Positions 20,613 to 30,326 of a stretch of 64,000 nucleotides of DNA are shown piece after piece (positions within the stretch are counted from its first letter, which is position 1; every line of letters starts with the position of its first letter). The translations under genes were made by a program, and so were the position numbers. The notes below the pieces were generated by a model. The model made no database searches, was not told the DNA's origin, and was given only the letters and a program-made list of their open reading frames with translations. The DNA comes from Faecousia sp. (lineage in GTDB: Bacteria; Bacillota; Clostridia; Oscillospirales; Oscillospiraceae): NCBI GenBank assembly GCA_045646805.1, contig JAZRLK010000104.1, positions 1,704 through 65,703 of the forward strand, given 5' to 3'.

Positions 20613-20868
20613 GAGTTTTAGTGCGTGAAATTTAATGTGAGTGATGCTTTGTTTTGCAACACTCACATTAAATAGAGCAATATACCATATACTTACCGGT
20701 TTGTGCTCGGTATAAATATGATTTAAAAGCCAACCGGAAGGAGGGCAGCAGCACAAACGAAACAAAAACATTATTTTGTGGGTCGATTAGACCCGACTGC
20801 GTTCATTGGCTGAACACAGCTGATGAATTATTTTTGAAGGCAATGAACGCAACAAAATAAAAATTTTG

Positions 20869-20897
20869 TTGCGTTCGCAGTAAAGATGTGCTATAAT
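20869..20897 (+). promoter_or_regulatory. Sigma-A-like promoter with no nearby ORF
   Basis: TTGCGT-17-TATAAT with TG extension; next credible CDS ~520 bp downstream. Confidence 0.5.
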
Positions 20898-21415
20898 AAT
20901 GATATACAGCGATGATGCAGGTTTGTTGGGACGTCCACTGAGTTTATATTTGAATGTATTTGTGTCCAACGGGGTCGTTTAACTGTCTATTTGTTACGTG
21001 GTCTTATCTCTGCAAAACGACTTATATGAAAAGATAACTTCTATATTAAAAATTTATTTTTTTATGTTTCGCTTTACACTTTAATCCTAACCGGGCGCTT
21101 CAACTTAATATACATTATTCCTAATTATTTTATAATATTCGTTTCCGTTCATCCTTGTTTGCGCTTATCATACTATTACATATGACTTGTTAAAAGATAT
21201 TTCTATAATTGTATATATCTACATCTACAATTCCGTCACAGTCTTAAATAGATGGTATGATAAACAGATATCTTTAAAGAAATTAATTATTTCGAATTCA
21301 CACAACAGAAAGATTGCTTATAGTCCATTATAGATTATTTTTTCTATTATATAGCAACCGTTATTAAAAATATAATATTGCAACAAATGTTCGCATATAA
21401 AAGGAGAGTTCGATT

Positions 21416-22420
21416 ATGCAGTATTTTGCTGAATGTCCGCAGATTTTAAAAGATTTTTTGGCGTATCACGAAAATATCAAGGCGCAGTCACCCAAAACTA
21501 TATCGGAGTATTATCTTGATCTTCGTATGTTTCTGCGCTTCATTAAACTGATGCGAAATGATATGCCATTAAATACAGATTTGAACATTATTCCTATTAA
21601 GGATGTTGATATTGAATTTGTTAGATCTATAACCACATCAGAAATATTTGATTTTCTTTCTTATCTTGCTCACGATAGAGTTTCAAATCCAGAGTCCTAC
21701 TCCCCTGATCGTGGAATTTCCGCAACATCCAGATCGAGAAAGCTTTCTGCAATTAAGTCGTTTTATAAGTATCTGACGGTTCGGACTAAACAACTCGCAG
21801 ATAATCCGGTCGCTGATTTGGAATACCCTAAACTACGGAAAAGCTTGCCTAAATACTTAACTATGTCCCAGTCTGCAGCACTGCTGAAATCTGTATCCGG
21901 ACCAAATGAAAAGCGTGATTATGCTATTTTAATGCTGTTTTTAAACTGCGGAATCAGACGCAGTGAATTGGTTGGGTTAAATGTAAACGATGTATATGAG
22001 GATAGGATTCGTGTTGTTGGTAAGGGTAATAAAGAGCGGTTCGTTTACTTCGGCTCATCCTGCCGCAAAGCGATCGATCAATATATGGTCGAACGTAATA
22101 AGCAAACACTTACCGACAATCGGGCATTGTTTGGTTCCAGAGAAAACAATCGAATCAGCGTAACCGCAGTGCATCGACTTGTAAAAAAAGCGCTGTTACA
22201 AGCTGGATTAGATCCGGATCAGTTTTCGGCGCATAAACTCCGCCATACTGCAGCAACAATGATGCTTTCCGGCGGTGTTGATGTAAAAACCGTTCAGGAA
22301 GTATTGGGACATGAAAATTTGAACACGACACAGATTTATACACATATTGAAAGTACAGAGTTAAAATTGGCAGCGGAAGCAAATCCGTTATCAAAACTGG
22401 ATTTTTCAGACAATGAATAG
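21416..22420 (+). CDS. xerC: Tyrosine recombinase, clostridial XerC-like
   Basis: GIRRSEL, GKGNKER, HKLRHT, LGH....TTQIY. Confidence 0.75.
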   Translation: MQYFAECPQILKDFLAYHENIKAQSPKTISEYYLDLRMFLRFIKLMRNDMPLNTDLNIIPIKDVDIEFVRSITTSEIFDFLSYLAHDRVSNPESYSPDRGISATSRSRKLSAIKSFYKYLTVRTKQLADNPVADLEYPKLRKSLPKYLTMSQSAALLKSVSGPNEKRDYAILMLFLNCGIRRSELVGLNVNDVYEDRIRVVGKGNKERFVYFGSSCRKAIDQYMVERNKQTLTDNRALFGSRENNRISVTAVHRLVKKALLQAGLDPDQFSAHKLRHTAATMMLSGGVDVKTVQEVLGHENLNTTQIYTHIESTELKLAAEANPLSKLDFSDNE

Positions 22421-22460
22421 CGTATAATGAGGAGGGGAAACATATATCCCCTCCCCTATT

Positions 22461-23306
22461 TTATTCATCTTCCTTGATTTCCTCGACCACAGTATTCAGC
22501 TGTGCACTGCGGTAATATTCGATTGATTCTTTAAGTGCCTGCGGGCGTTGTCCGTTACTGATAGCGATGTGGAAATATTTTTCTGAATTTTCTTTATCTC
22601 CCAACAATGCATAAATAACAGCAAGCAATGAAGACGCCTGATACATTTGAGGATCTATTTCCAAGGCTTGAACAGCAACATCGATTGCTTCGTTAAATTC
22701 ATACATTTGGAAATGGGCTTGAGCGATATTATTATATGCAAAGGCGTTATTTTGATCGTACTGCAAGGCAATGCGGTAATTTTCGATAGCATTTTTATAT
22801 TCTCTGTTTTTTAATTGTACGTGACCCAAATTAGAATATATAGTACTATCCGCTTTACCGGTACTGACTAAATGCTGGTAAATATGTATAGCGTTCTCAT
22901 AAATCTGCATATCTGTAAAACATAATGCTGCAAAAAGATCTACGGCATAGATATCTGCATTTGTTTTCGTCTTTTGCTTTAAATCAGAAAGATATTTAAG
23001 GGCTTTTTCAAATTTATTCTCATTATACAAACGAATCGCACAAAGTAGTTTTTTTCGCCAGAAAGGCTGCTCTTCAAAGGCGTGCTCCAGAAATTCGGCA
23101 TATGTACTTTCGTAGAACTGCAGTGATCTTCTTCGCCGGACTTGAAATGTTCGGATAAAAGCTACAACGCTAAGTAGGAGAATGCAGCCAATACGGACGA
23201 TGTTTTTTGTCGGAAATTCATTGTTTATTGTGCAGTCATATATAAATAGTCCGATGACGGCTAAAATTAAAAGAATCAAAACTATCCGTAATATTATATT
23301 TTTCAT
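22461..23306 (-). CDS. Membrane-anchored TPR protein
   Basis: Two N-terminal TM helices; TPR repeats YSNLG, YNNIA. Confidence 0.8.
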   Translation of the reverse strand: MKNIILRIVLILLILAVIGLFIYDCTINNEFPTKNIVRIGCILLLSVVAFIRTFQVRRRRSLQFYESTYAEFLEHAFEEQPFWRKKLLCAIRLYNENKFEKALKYLSDLKQKTKTNADIYAVDLFAALCFTDMQIYENAIHIYQHLVSTGKADSTIYSNLGHVQLKNREYKNAIENYRIALQYDQNNAFAYNNIAQAHFQMYEFNEAIDVAVQALEIDPQMYQASSLLAVIYALLGDKENSEKYFHIAISNGQRPQALKESIEYYRSAQLNTVVEEIKEDE

Positions 23307-23319
23307 TTAGTATCTCCTG

Positions 23320-24681
23320 TTACAATGCCACAGCAATTGCTTCTCTAAGATTTCTGACACGATAGACAGCTAATCCTTCCGGAATCTCTAATTTTTCTGT
23401 CCCATTTTTGGGGATTATACATTGCTTAAAACCAAGTCTGGCAACTTCTGCAAGGCGTTGGGATAAGTGGGAAACAGATCTGATTTCACCCGTCAGACCA
23501 ACTTCCCCGATTGCTACAAGATCATTTGGCATCGGTTGATCCCGATAAGAAGACGCAACTGCAAGCAATACGGGTAAATCTGCACCGGGTTCGTCTAATT
23601 GAAGTCCCCCGATTATATTGATATAAGCATCAAATGCACTTAATTTCATTCCGCCCTGTTTTTCTGCGACTGCCAAAAGGAGTGCAGAACGATTAAAATC
23701 AAAGCCGTCAGATGTGCGTCTGGGAACATTAAAAGAAGTTTTAGAAACAAGTGCCTGAACTTCGGCCAAGACAGGGCGAGTACCTTCCATAACACAGGCA
23801 ACACAGGTACCGGAGGCATTTTCCGGACGTCCCTCCAATAGCATCAAAGAAGGATTAGGAACCTCTTTCAAGCCGGAATCAGCCATTTCAAACACGCCGA
23901 TTTCGTTGGTGGAGCCAAAACGGTTTTTTGCGCCGCGAAGTAAGCGGTAAGAAGAATTTGGATCACCTTCAAAGTACAAAACGCTGTCAACAATGTGCTC
24001 CAACACCTTGGGGCCAGCAATATTACCATCTTTATTAATATGACCGACAACAAAAACGGTAACACCTTTGCTTTTGGAAAGTTCCAGCATAGCCATTGTG
24101 CAATCCTTAACCTGAGAAACACTTCCCGGAGAGGATTCGTTATCTTCGTTGTAGATCGTTTGAATAGAGTCTGCAATCAAGATATCACACTGAAGCTGAT
24201 CCACCGCTTCGAGAATATCAGAAAGACGAGTTTCTGATAGAATATACAAAGAATCAGGATCGACCTCAAGACGAAGTGCACGAAGCTTTAATTGACGTTC
24301 GCTTTCCTCGCCGGAAACGTAAAGCACAGTGCGCTCTTTACAAAGACAATTACAGATTTGCAAAAGAAGTGTGGATTTACCAATTCCCGGTGCGCCGCCT
24401 ACAAGGACAAGAGAGCCCGCCACAGCGCCGCCACCTAAAACACGATCAAGTTCACCCATCCCCGTCGAAAAACGGATCTCTCGGTCAGTGGTGACATCAC
24501 GGAGCCTTTGAGGTGTGCGGCTGGCTCCGACCGGATTGATTTTTGCGCGACCGGAAGCCACGGGCTTTTCAATATGCTCTTGCATTGTGTTAAAAGCGCC
24601 GCAGCTGGGGCATCTTCCCATCCACTTTAAAGATTCATTTCCGCAATTGGTGCAGAAAAATACTGTTTTTGTCTTCGCCAT
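23320..24681 (-). CDS. radA: DNA repair protein RadA/Sms
   Basis: Zn finger, GAPGIGKST, KNRFG, Lon-like C-terminus. Confidence 0.95.
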   Translation of the reverse strand: MAKTKTVFFCTNCGNESLKWMGRCPSCGAFNTMQEHIEKPVASGRAKINPVGASRTPQRLRDVTTDREIRFSTGMGELDRVLGGGAVAGSLVLVGGAPGIGKSTLLLQICNCLCKERTVLYVSGEESERQLKLRALRLEVDPDSLYILSETRLSDILEAVDQLQCDILIADSIQTIYNEDNESSPGSVSQVKDCTMAMLELSKSKGVTVFVVGHINKDGNIAGPKVLEHIVDSVLYFEGDPNSSYRLLRGAKNRFGSTNEIGVFEMADSGLKEVPNPSLMLLEGRPENASGTCVACVMEGTRPVLAEVQALVSKTSFNVPRRTSDGFDFNRSALLLAVAEKQGGMKLSAFDAYINIIGGLQLDEPGADLPVLLAVASSYRDQPMPNDLVAIGEVGLTGEIRSVSHLSQRLAEVARLGFKQCIIPKNGTEKLEIPEGLAVYRVRNLREAIAVAL

Positions 24682-24702
24682 ATTGATCAGGCTCCTGTTT
24701 TT

Positions 24703-25446
24703 TCAGATACCGGTATTATAACAGTTCTCCCCTGCCCGGTCAAGTAAGTATTCACTGCATACGCTGGCGATCACACAACAGATTTTCTTTTGGTACTCCC
24801 CTGTCCGTAATTTTGCTTCTTCTGCATAGTTTGACAAAAAGCCACATTCAATTAAAACGCCGGGTTTATCTATATTTCTCATAAGATAAAGTCCTTGTAC
24901 AGGTTTTGCCTGCCTTTTACTCCCCCGATTAATCGTACCAACAAATGCAGTTTGCAGAGCGGTTGCCAGTTCCCTACTCCCTTCTGTATCTGGATAGAAC
25001 ATCTGTGCTCCGTCATAATAGCTGTCGGAATAATGATTTTGGTGAATACTTAGTATTATTCCGTTTTCGGTTTCGTTTACAATTTTAACCCGCTGTTTTA
25101 GATCAGATGCTTTTTTTGCGGCAATTGTTTCGCCATCGGTATATACTGAAATATCTGTTGACCGAATCATTTTGGTGTCATAACCCAGCAAATGCATAAG
25201 GTCGTTTAATCGCAAGGATATTTCTAAATTCAAATGACTTTCGTATACTCCGGTGCAGGAAACTGCTCCTCCGTCAACACCACCGTGCCCAGCGTCAATA
25301 ATAAAACAATGCCGGTTATCCAGCGGCTCGTTTTCGGAAAAAGCCGTTGCAGTTCGGCTTCCCCAAACGGCAAATAAGATGATACTGCAAAAAACAACAA
25401 CATAAATACAAGCCAAAAATATATAAGACTTTTTCAACTGAAACAC
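24703..25446 (-). CDS. N-acetylmuramoyl-L-alanine amidase (Amidase_3, CwlD-like)
   Basis: DAGHGG.DGG, SIHQN, IECGFLSN; N-terminal TM. Confidence 0.85.
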   Translation of the reverse strand: MFQLKKSYIFLACIYVVVFCSIILFAVWGSRTATAFSENEPLDNRHCFIIDAGHGGVDGGAVSCTGVYESHLNLEISLRLNDLMHLLGYDTKMIRSTDISVYTDGETIAAKKASDLKQRVKIVNETENGIILSIHQNHYSDSYYDGAQMFYPDTEGSRELATALQTAFVGTINRGSKRQAKPVQGLYLMRNIDKPGVLIECGFLSNYAEEAKLRTGEYQKKICCVIASVCSEYLLDRAGENCYNTGI

Positions 25447-25454
25447 CTCATTTT

Positions 25455-25509
25455 AGTATATGTAATTTAACTACTCAAGATGAACTATAATCTATTTCCT
25501 GCATAGTAT
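25455..25509. promoter_or_regulatory. Divergent sporulation-sigma (sigma-E/K-type) -10 elements
   Basis: CATAGTAT (25502-25509, +) before cotJ; CATATACT (25462-25455, -) before the amidase. Confidence 0.45.
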
Positions 25510-25554
25510 GACAAGGGACGACAGTTCCGGATTGATTATGACAGGAGGTATACG

Positions 25555-25995
25555 ATGAACAGATCTGATCAAAACGGCGCAGAGGGGCGTCTGCCGGCTA
25601 TGGCTCCCCTTGCAAACCCGTATGTACCTTTTCAATTAGAGAATCCTCCCAGATATGAGCCGCGGAAGGCTTTGGTTCGAGGAACTTTGTTCTGCGGTTT
25701 GGATCTCCCCTTTATGGGAATGGTCAACAAAAATGAAAAACCGGTAACACCTATGACAGAATTGCAGACCATTGCATTTGCAATTCAGGAATTAGCTTTG
25801 TATCTTGATACTCACGAGGATGATAAAGAAGCCTATGAGCTATACTGTATGTTCCAAAAAGCATACCACGAGGCAAAAGACGATTATGAAAAAAATTGCG
25901 GTCCGCTAACACACCACAGCAGGGTTCACCAGGAAAAATATAAATGGTTGAACGATCCTTGGCCTTGGGAATATGCCATGAATCGGGAGGGTTGA
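25555..25995 (+). CDS. cotJB: Spore coat protein, CotJA-CotJB fusion
   Basis: N-terminal YVPFQ...GTLF..LDLPF (CotJA) and LYLDTH...PWPWE (CotJB). Confidence 0.85.
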   Translation: MNRSDQNGAEGRLPAMAPLANPYVPFQLENPPRYEPRKALVRGTLFCGLDLPFMGMVNKNEKPVTPMTELQTIAFAIQELALYLDTHEDDKEAYELYCMFQKAYHEAKDDYEKNCGPLTHHSRVHQEKYKWLNDPWPWEYAMNREG

Positions 25996-25998
25996 TCT

Positions 25999-26405
25999 AT
26001 GTTTATTTATGACAAAAAACTGCAATACCCGGTCAAAATTGATAATCCCAACCCCAGATTGGCAAGCATCATAATTTCCCAATATGGCGGTCCTGATGGA
26101 GAGTTGGGTGCATCGATGCGCTATCTGTCTCAGAGATACAGTATGCCTTTCGACAATCTGAAAGGACTTCTTACAGATATAGGTACAGAAGAATTGGGCC
26201 ACCTGGAAATGGTGGGGGCATTGGTGCATCAGCTGACACGTAAAATGAAAGATTCACAAATTCAAGATTCTGCCTTTGCACCCTATTTTGTAGATCATAC
26301 CGCAGGTGTTTATCCAACCGCAGCATCTGGTTTCCCCTGGACAGCGGCTTCTATGCAGGTCAAAGGTGACCCCATTGCCGATCTGACTGAAGATCTTGCA
26401 GCAGA
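25999..26405 (+). pseudogene. cotJC: cotJC (Mn-catalase family) 5' part, interrupted after EDLAA
   Basis: QYGGPDGE, TEELGHLE, GDPIADLTEDLAA, then non-homologous DATTAK... instead of the family's EQKAR...ExxH end; ORF reads on to 26520. Confidence 0.85.
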
Positions 26406-26407
26406 TG

Positions 26408-26580
26408 CCACGACCGCCAAAGAACAACCAGCATTTTCAAAAGCCGGAAAACCGTTGGTATTACTGGACTTTCGGCTCTTCCGAGTTTTTCGTAAAAATG
26501 GCATACCTGCAACCATATAAGAACAACTTGACCCCAAATTACATTAATTTTTACAAAATGCACGATAGGACAAGCTGTTT
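26408..26580 (+). repeat. Element-end sequence, copy A
   Basis: ccacgaccg...attttcaaaagccggaaaaccgttggtattactggactttcggc...tgcacgataggacaagctgttt; related to 48012-48110. Confidence 0.7.
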
Positions 26581-26697
26581 CCCAAGAAATGAAATCACCC
26601 CCGATACTGCTTTTGCTCCAACCTGGGACATGCTATATCGGGGGTATTTTAATATCTATGTCAAATGATAACCTTTGCATATCACCCCAAAAAGCGT

Positions 26698-26735
26698 GCT
26701 AAAAAATCACCCCAAAATGGGGTGATTTTTTAGCA
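26698..26735 (-). terminator. Terminator ending the 16-gene operon
   Basis: gctaaaaaatcacccca-aaa-tggggtgattttttagc inverted repeat. Confidence 0.75.
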
Positions 26736-26763
26736 AAATATGATAGCTATGTTTCTTCAGCGC

Positions 26764-29700
26764 TTACATTGCATTATAGTTAACAGCAGCAAGGTAGTAG
26801 CCATACAACGCCTGCATCAAAGCCTTAGTAGCATCCGAGCTGCCTGCCTTTGCGTACATACGAATCATATATGCAAGCGGGCTGTATGTTACACGCAGAG
26901 CCTCAGCACCCTTTGTGACAGTTACTATGATATCCGTACCCATATCCTGAGGATTGATATCATCCACTTCTACATAATACATACCATCCTTGGCAACCGG
27001 TGTATAAGTATTGCTATTTACCGTAAAGATCGCACCCTCAATTTCTCCGGCGAAGTAGAAGCGAACCGCAATCTTGTCTTCAAAGACCAAAGATGCTCCA
27101 TAGAAGGAAACACCGCTAACAGACCCACTGACTTGAACCGAAGCCGTTCCGGTAGGAGCAACCGATGTTACGGTATAATCACTATCAGCGAGGTTTTCAG
27201 TATTATAGCCAAAGTAGTTTTGTGCTGCACCGCCGTAGGCCAGCATAGCTTTTACCAATTCATGGCAGCTGCTGTAGGCATCATCGTAAAGAATGTAATC
27301 TGCATACTTGCGAACGGAATAGGTGGTGATTAGAGGAGTGCCGTTGATCATAAGCTTGATCTCATCCGACATTTGCGCCGCAGCCAGTTGTACGCTGAGC
27401 TTATAGGTGCCGTCACTGTTTTGTGTTTTTACAATGTCAATAGATTTGCCATTGATTGCTGCAGTGACTACATCCTCTGCTTCCAAATCAGCAATAAAGT
27501 TGATACCGATACTATCAGACAGCGATACATTCCATTCAATTATGGGAGATGTGGGGATATTATACATCAACTTCAGTACACGAGTCGGATGCAGACCGTT
27601 TGCGGTTGCAATATTGCAAGGTTCTCCATTGAGGGTGGCATTGATATCTTCCGGCATTTGCGCTTTATCAAGGGAGAAAATGCGGTTGTTAGTAGTACCA
27701 ACCAGCATTTCAACTGCGTACATATGGCCTGCAGCAGCAACACTGACCTCGGGTACCATAATAACAGGATTCTGGGGGTCGGTGATATCGATCCAGGTAA
27801 CACCATTGAGGGTGTACTCACCGTCCTGGGAACAATCCGGAGAAACATACTCCATAAAATCCCAGTTGTAGGTGTAGTCAAAGGGTTGCCCAATTACGGG
27901 CGCATCCAGATCAGATAGGGTAATCTGCGTAATAGGTTCTGCAATTTCTGCATCCTCTTCAATATAGAAAGAAGTAGTCAGCACTACCTGAGTACTGGGT
28001 TCTTGCGTATAACTATCAACATAGACATAATCCGTTGTATCGTTGACAGAACCTGTTACTGTGGGGTATCCCTCTTCGTTCAAAGCGAAGATCATACCGG
28101 GAGCCGTTTTCAACAGAATCTGAACACCATACGTATGACCGGGTTCGAAGACGGCGGTATTGGGATCCAGATTTTCCTCGGTATCCACATCATACCAGAT
28201 CACGCCGTTTCTGCAATAGATATTACTGTTTTCATCACGTTCGATACCTTCCGATTCGATCCGCACCAAATAACTGGGCGTCATACCTGCCATCGGCTCA
28301 GGGATGGATACGGCGACATAGTCAATGGGTGATGTATAGATTGCTTCGATCTCTACAGCAGAACTGCCCATAACAAAGGTGGTTGTTGACGCTGTGGGGT
28401 CTGCCAGCTGAACATTGCCGGAAATAACCTTCCAGCCACTGAAGATCTGGCCCTCAGGTGCCTCATCCGCCTCAATGCGAATTTTCATAAGTTGCGTAGC
28501 GGAAGTAACCGCAGTATGATTGATATATGCAGTACCACCGGTAACGGCAATGCTCTTACTGCCAAAAAGAGGTCTGCTAGGAGCAGCCAATTTCAAGCAC
28601 ACAACCATCTGGCCATCTGTAGTAACGGATAATAGCTTGTCTTTCGCAAAAGAAGCATGGATACCGCCAACAGACATATATTTCAACGTATATCCGAATT
28701 CAGGCTCAAAAACTAGTCCTAACCAATAGGTTTTGCCGGTAACCAATTTCCCTTCATATGGGATATTATCGGGAGAACCATTGTTGTCCAGCATTACTAC
28801 ATAATCTAAGGATGTTACACTATTATTGCAAAGAACTGCACCTTCAGAGACCCCCACCTGCAAGCAGTTGGAATCAGCATTCAAATGGTATCCGTACAGT
28901 GTGATATTTACTTCCTCGACACGGACTTTTTCCGCTTCACCATAACCAGAGAAGACTGTCACATCAGACGCAGGCATAATAAACGTTGTGGTAGAGTTAT
29001 TTACATCATCAACCTCAATTTCTGCATCGCCCATGAACATCCACTGATCAAATTCCCATCCAAATCCAGGCTCGTCTGCGACAATGGTGACCACCATACC
29101 GGGCATTGCCTCGGTGATGGTATTGCCGTCCTGATCGTAGGCAGTACCGCCCATCAGATTGATTGCATGGGGTGCGAGGGGCGTAATATCTCCAGAGGTG
29201 ACAAACTTATGTTTTGTGCTGTCATAGGCACTCATATACAGCTCGTCCACAACGCATTCACCGCCAGGATACATAGTTACAGTCAGATTGTCTTTGCTGG
29301 CAAAAACATAACCCAGATCTGCTGCAATCACCGCACTGATCTGATAAGTATGACCTGCCTGGTATACATCGCCGGGCTTCAGATAGCGGCCATCGGTATC
29401 ATCCCACCAGGCTACGCCATTAAAGAAATTATTTTCAAAGCCCTTGGGGGTGATACAGCCATAGCCGGGGTATAAGAAGCTACCGCTCATATTGGAGGCT
29501 GTGAAGTCGACTTCATTACCGGCAACGGGATCGTCAAAGAAAAGCCGCACAGTTCTCAAAGTGATATCTGCATAGCTTGCTGTAATGGTTACAGGCTCAG
29601 CAGGCATCGTAAACTGCATAGTTGTAAGCGCGGGGTGGGTAACATTTAAACCCTTCGGCTCAATAATCCAACCGTAGAATTCCTGGCCAAAAGCTGCCGG

Positions 29701-30288
29701 CGTACCGCGCACAGTCACTGTCTCGCCTTCTACGGCAGAATAAATCTGCTGACCGTCTGCATTGTAGGCCATACAGAATTCGGTACTGATGGTACTTCTG
29801 TGCAGGGGCTGCGTTGACCAGAGATCCATCGTTGTACCCAAACATACACTAATGTACTGGCTCTCAGCGGTATTCAGAAAACCGCCCGCATTGATGTTAT
29901 CGCACAGATTAGATTTGCCTGTGATGGCAGAGGGAGAAATAAATGCATAACCACTCTTTGCCTGCAAACCAATCATGGGATAATATTCGTGACCTGCCAC
30001 GAACACTTCACCCTCGGCCATATATTCATCAGTGGTTACATCGTACCAGGCGATGCCGTCAATATAGCTGTTAGCAAATGTTTCGGGTGCTCCAACAGTG
30101 TAGCCAGAACCTTCAATAAGCTCAGCTTCCCGATCGGGCAGCTCACCCACAATCGGCATATCCAAGCCATCGATCTGAACATAGTTAATCATCTTCGTAG
30201 CAATCACAAAATCTGCCAATGCCGTCACAGGCATCATACCCAGCAGCATAGCAACTGCCAGCAAAAGGCTTAACAAACGCTTTTTCAT
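26764..30288 (-). CDS. Large secreted repeat surface protein (1174 aa)
   Basis: Signal peptide; ~4 'P..G..P...GV.W.D' repeats mixed with ~3 divergent InlB-B-like repeats (F.GW...TTF.MP); C-terminal module shared with 3088..5163. Confidence 0.8.
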   Translation of the reverse strand: MKKRLLSLLLAVAMLLGMMPVTALADFVIATKMINYVQIDGLDMPIVGELPDREAELIEGSGYTVGAPETFANSYIDGIAWYDVTTDEYMAEGEVFVAGHEYYPMIGLQAKSGYAFISPSAITGKSNLCDNINAGGFLNTAESQYISVCLGTTMDLWSTQPLHRSTISTEFCMAYNADGQQIYSAVEGETVTVRGTPAAFGQEFYGWIIEPKGLNVTHPALTTMQFTMPAEPVTITASYADITLRTVRLFFDDPVAGNEVDFTASNMSGSFLYPGYGCITPKGFENNFFNGVAWWDDTDGRYLKPGDVYQAGHTYQISAVIAADLGYVFASKDNLTVTMYPGGECVVDELYMSAYDSTKHKFVTSGDITPLAPHAINLMGGTAYDQDGNTITEAMPGMVVTIVADEPGFGWEFDQWMFMGDAEIEVDDVNNSTTTFIMPASDVTVFSGYGEAEKVRVEEVNITLYGYHLNADSNCLQVGVSEGAVLCNNSVTSLDYVVMLDNNGSPDNIPYEGKLVTGKTYWLGLVFEPEFGYTLKYMSVGGIHASFAKDKLLSVTTDGQMVVCLKLAAPSRPLFGSKSIAVTGGTAYINHTAVTSATQLMKIRIEADEAPEGQIFSGWKVISGNVQLADPTASTTTFVMGSSAVEIEAIYTSPIDYVAVSIPEPMAGMTPSYLVRIESEGIERDENSNIYCRNGVIWYDVDTEENLDPNTAVFEPGHTYGVQILLKTAPGMIFALNEEGYPTVTGSVNDTTDYVYVDSYTQEPSTQVVLTTSFYIEEDAEIAEPITQITLSDLDAPVIGQPFDYTYNWDFMEYVSPDCSQDGEYTLNGVTWIDITDPQNPVIMVPEVSVAAAGHMYAVEMLVGTTNNRIFSLDKAQMPEDINATLNGEPCNIATANGLHPTRVLKLMYNIPTSPIIEWNVSLSDSIGINFIADLEAEDVVTAAINGKSIDIVKTQNSDGTYKLSVQLAAAQMSDEIKLMINGTPLITTYSVRKYADYILYDDAYSSCHELVKAMLAYGGAAQNYFGYNTENLADSDYTVTSVAPTGTASVQVSGSVSGVSFYGASLVFEDKIAVRFYFAGEIEGAIFTVNSNTYTPVAKDGMYYVEVDDINPQDMGTDIIVTVTKGAEALRVTYSPLAYMIRMYAKAGSSDATKALMQALYGYYLAAVNYNAM

Positions 30289-30326
30289 ATAATATTCCTC
30301 CTTATTATATTGATAAGTTGGATGGA

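Noticed and set aside
20728-20755. SRP RNA-like ccggaagg...gcagc motif
   Set aside because: Does not match the CAGG-nn-GGAA-nn-AGCA helix-8 geometry
21381-21392. LexA-like box caac-aaat-gttc before xerC
   Set aside because: One mismatch in a short motif in AT-rich DNA; too weak on its own
17157-22420. The two tyrosine recombinases as the island's integrase or an integron
   Set aside because: Size, motifs and core neighbours fit housekeeping XerD/XerC; no attC array seen
26406-26520. Novel C-terminal domain of CotJC
   Set aside because: It is read-through into element-end DNA that recurs non-coding at 48012-48110
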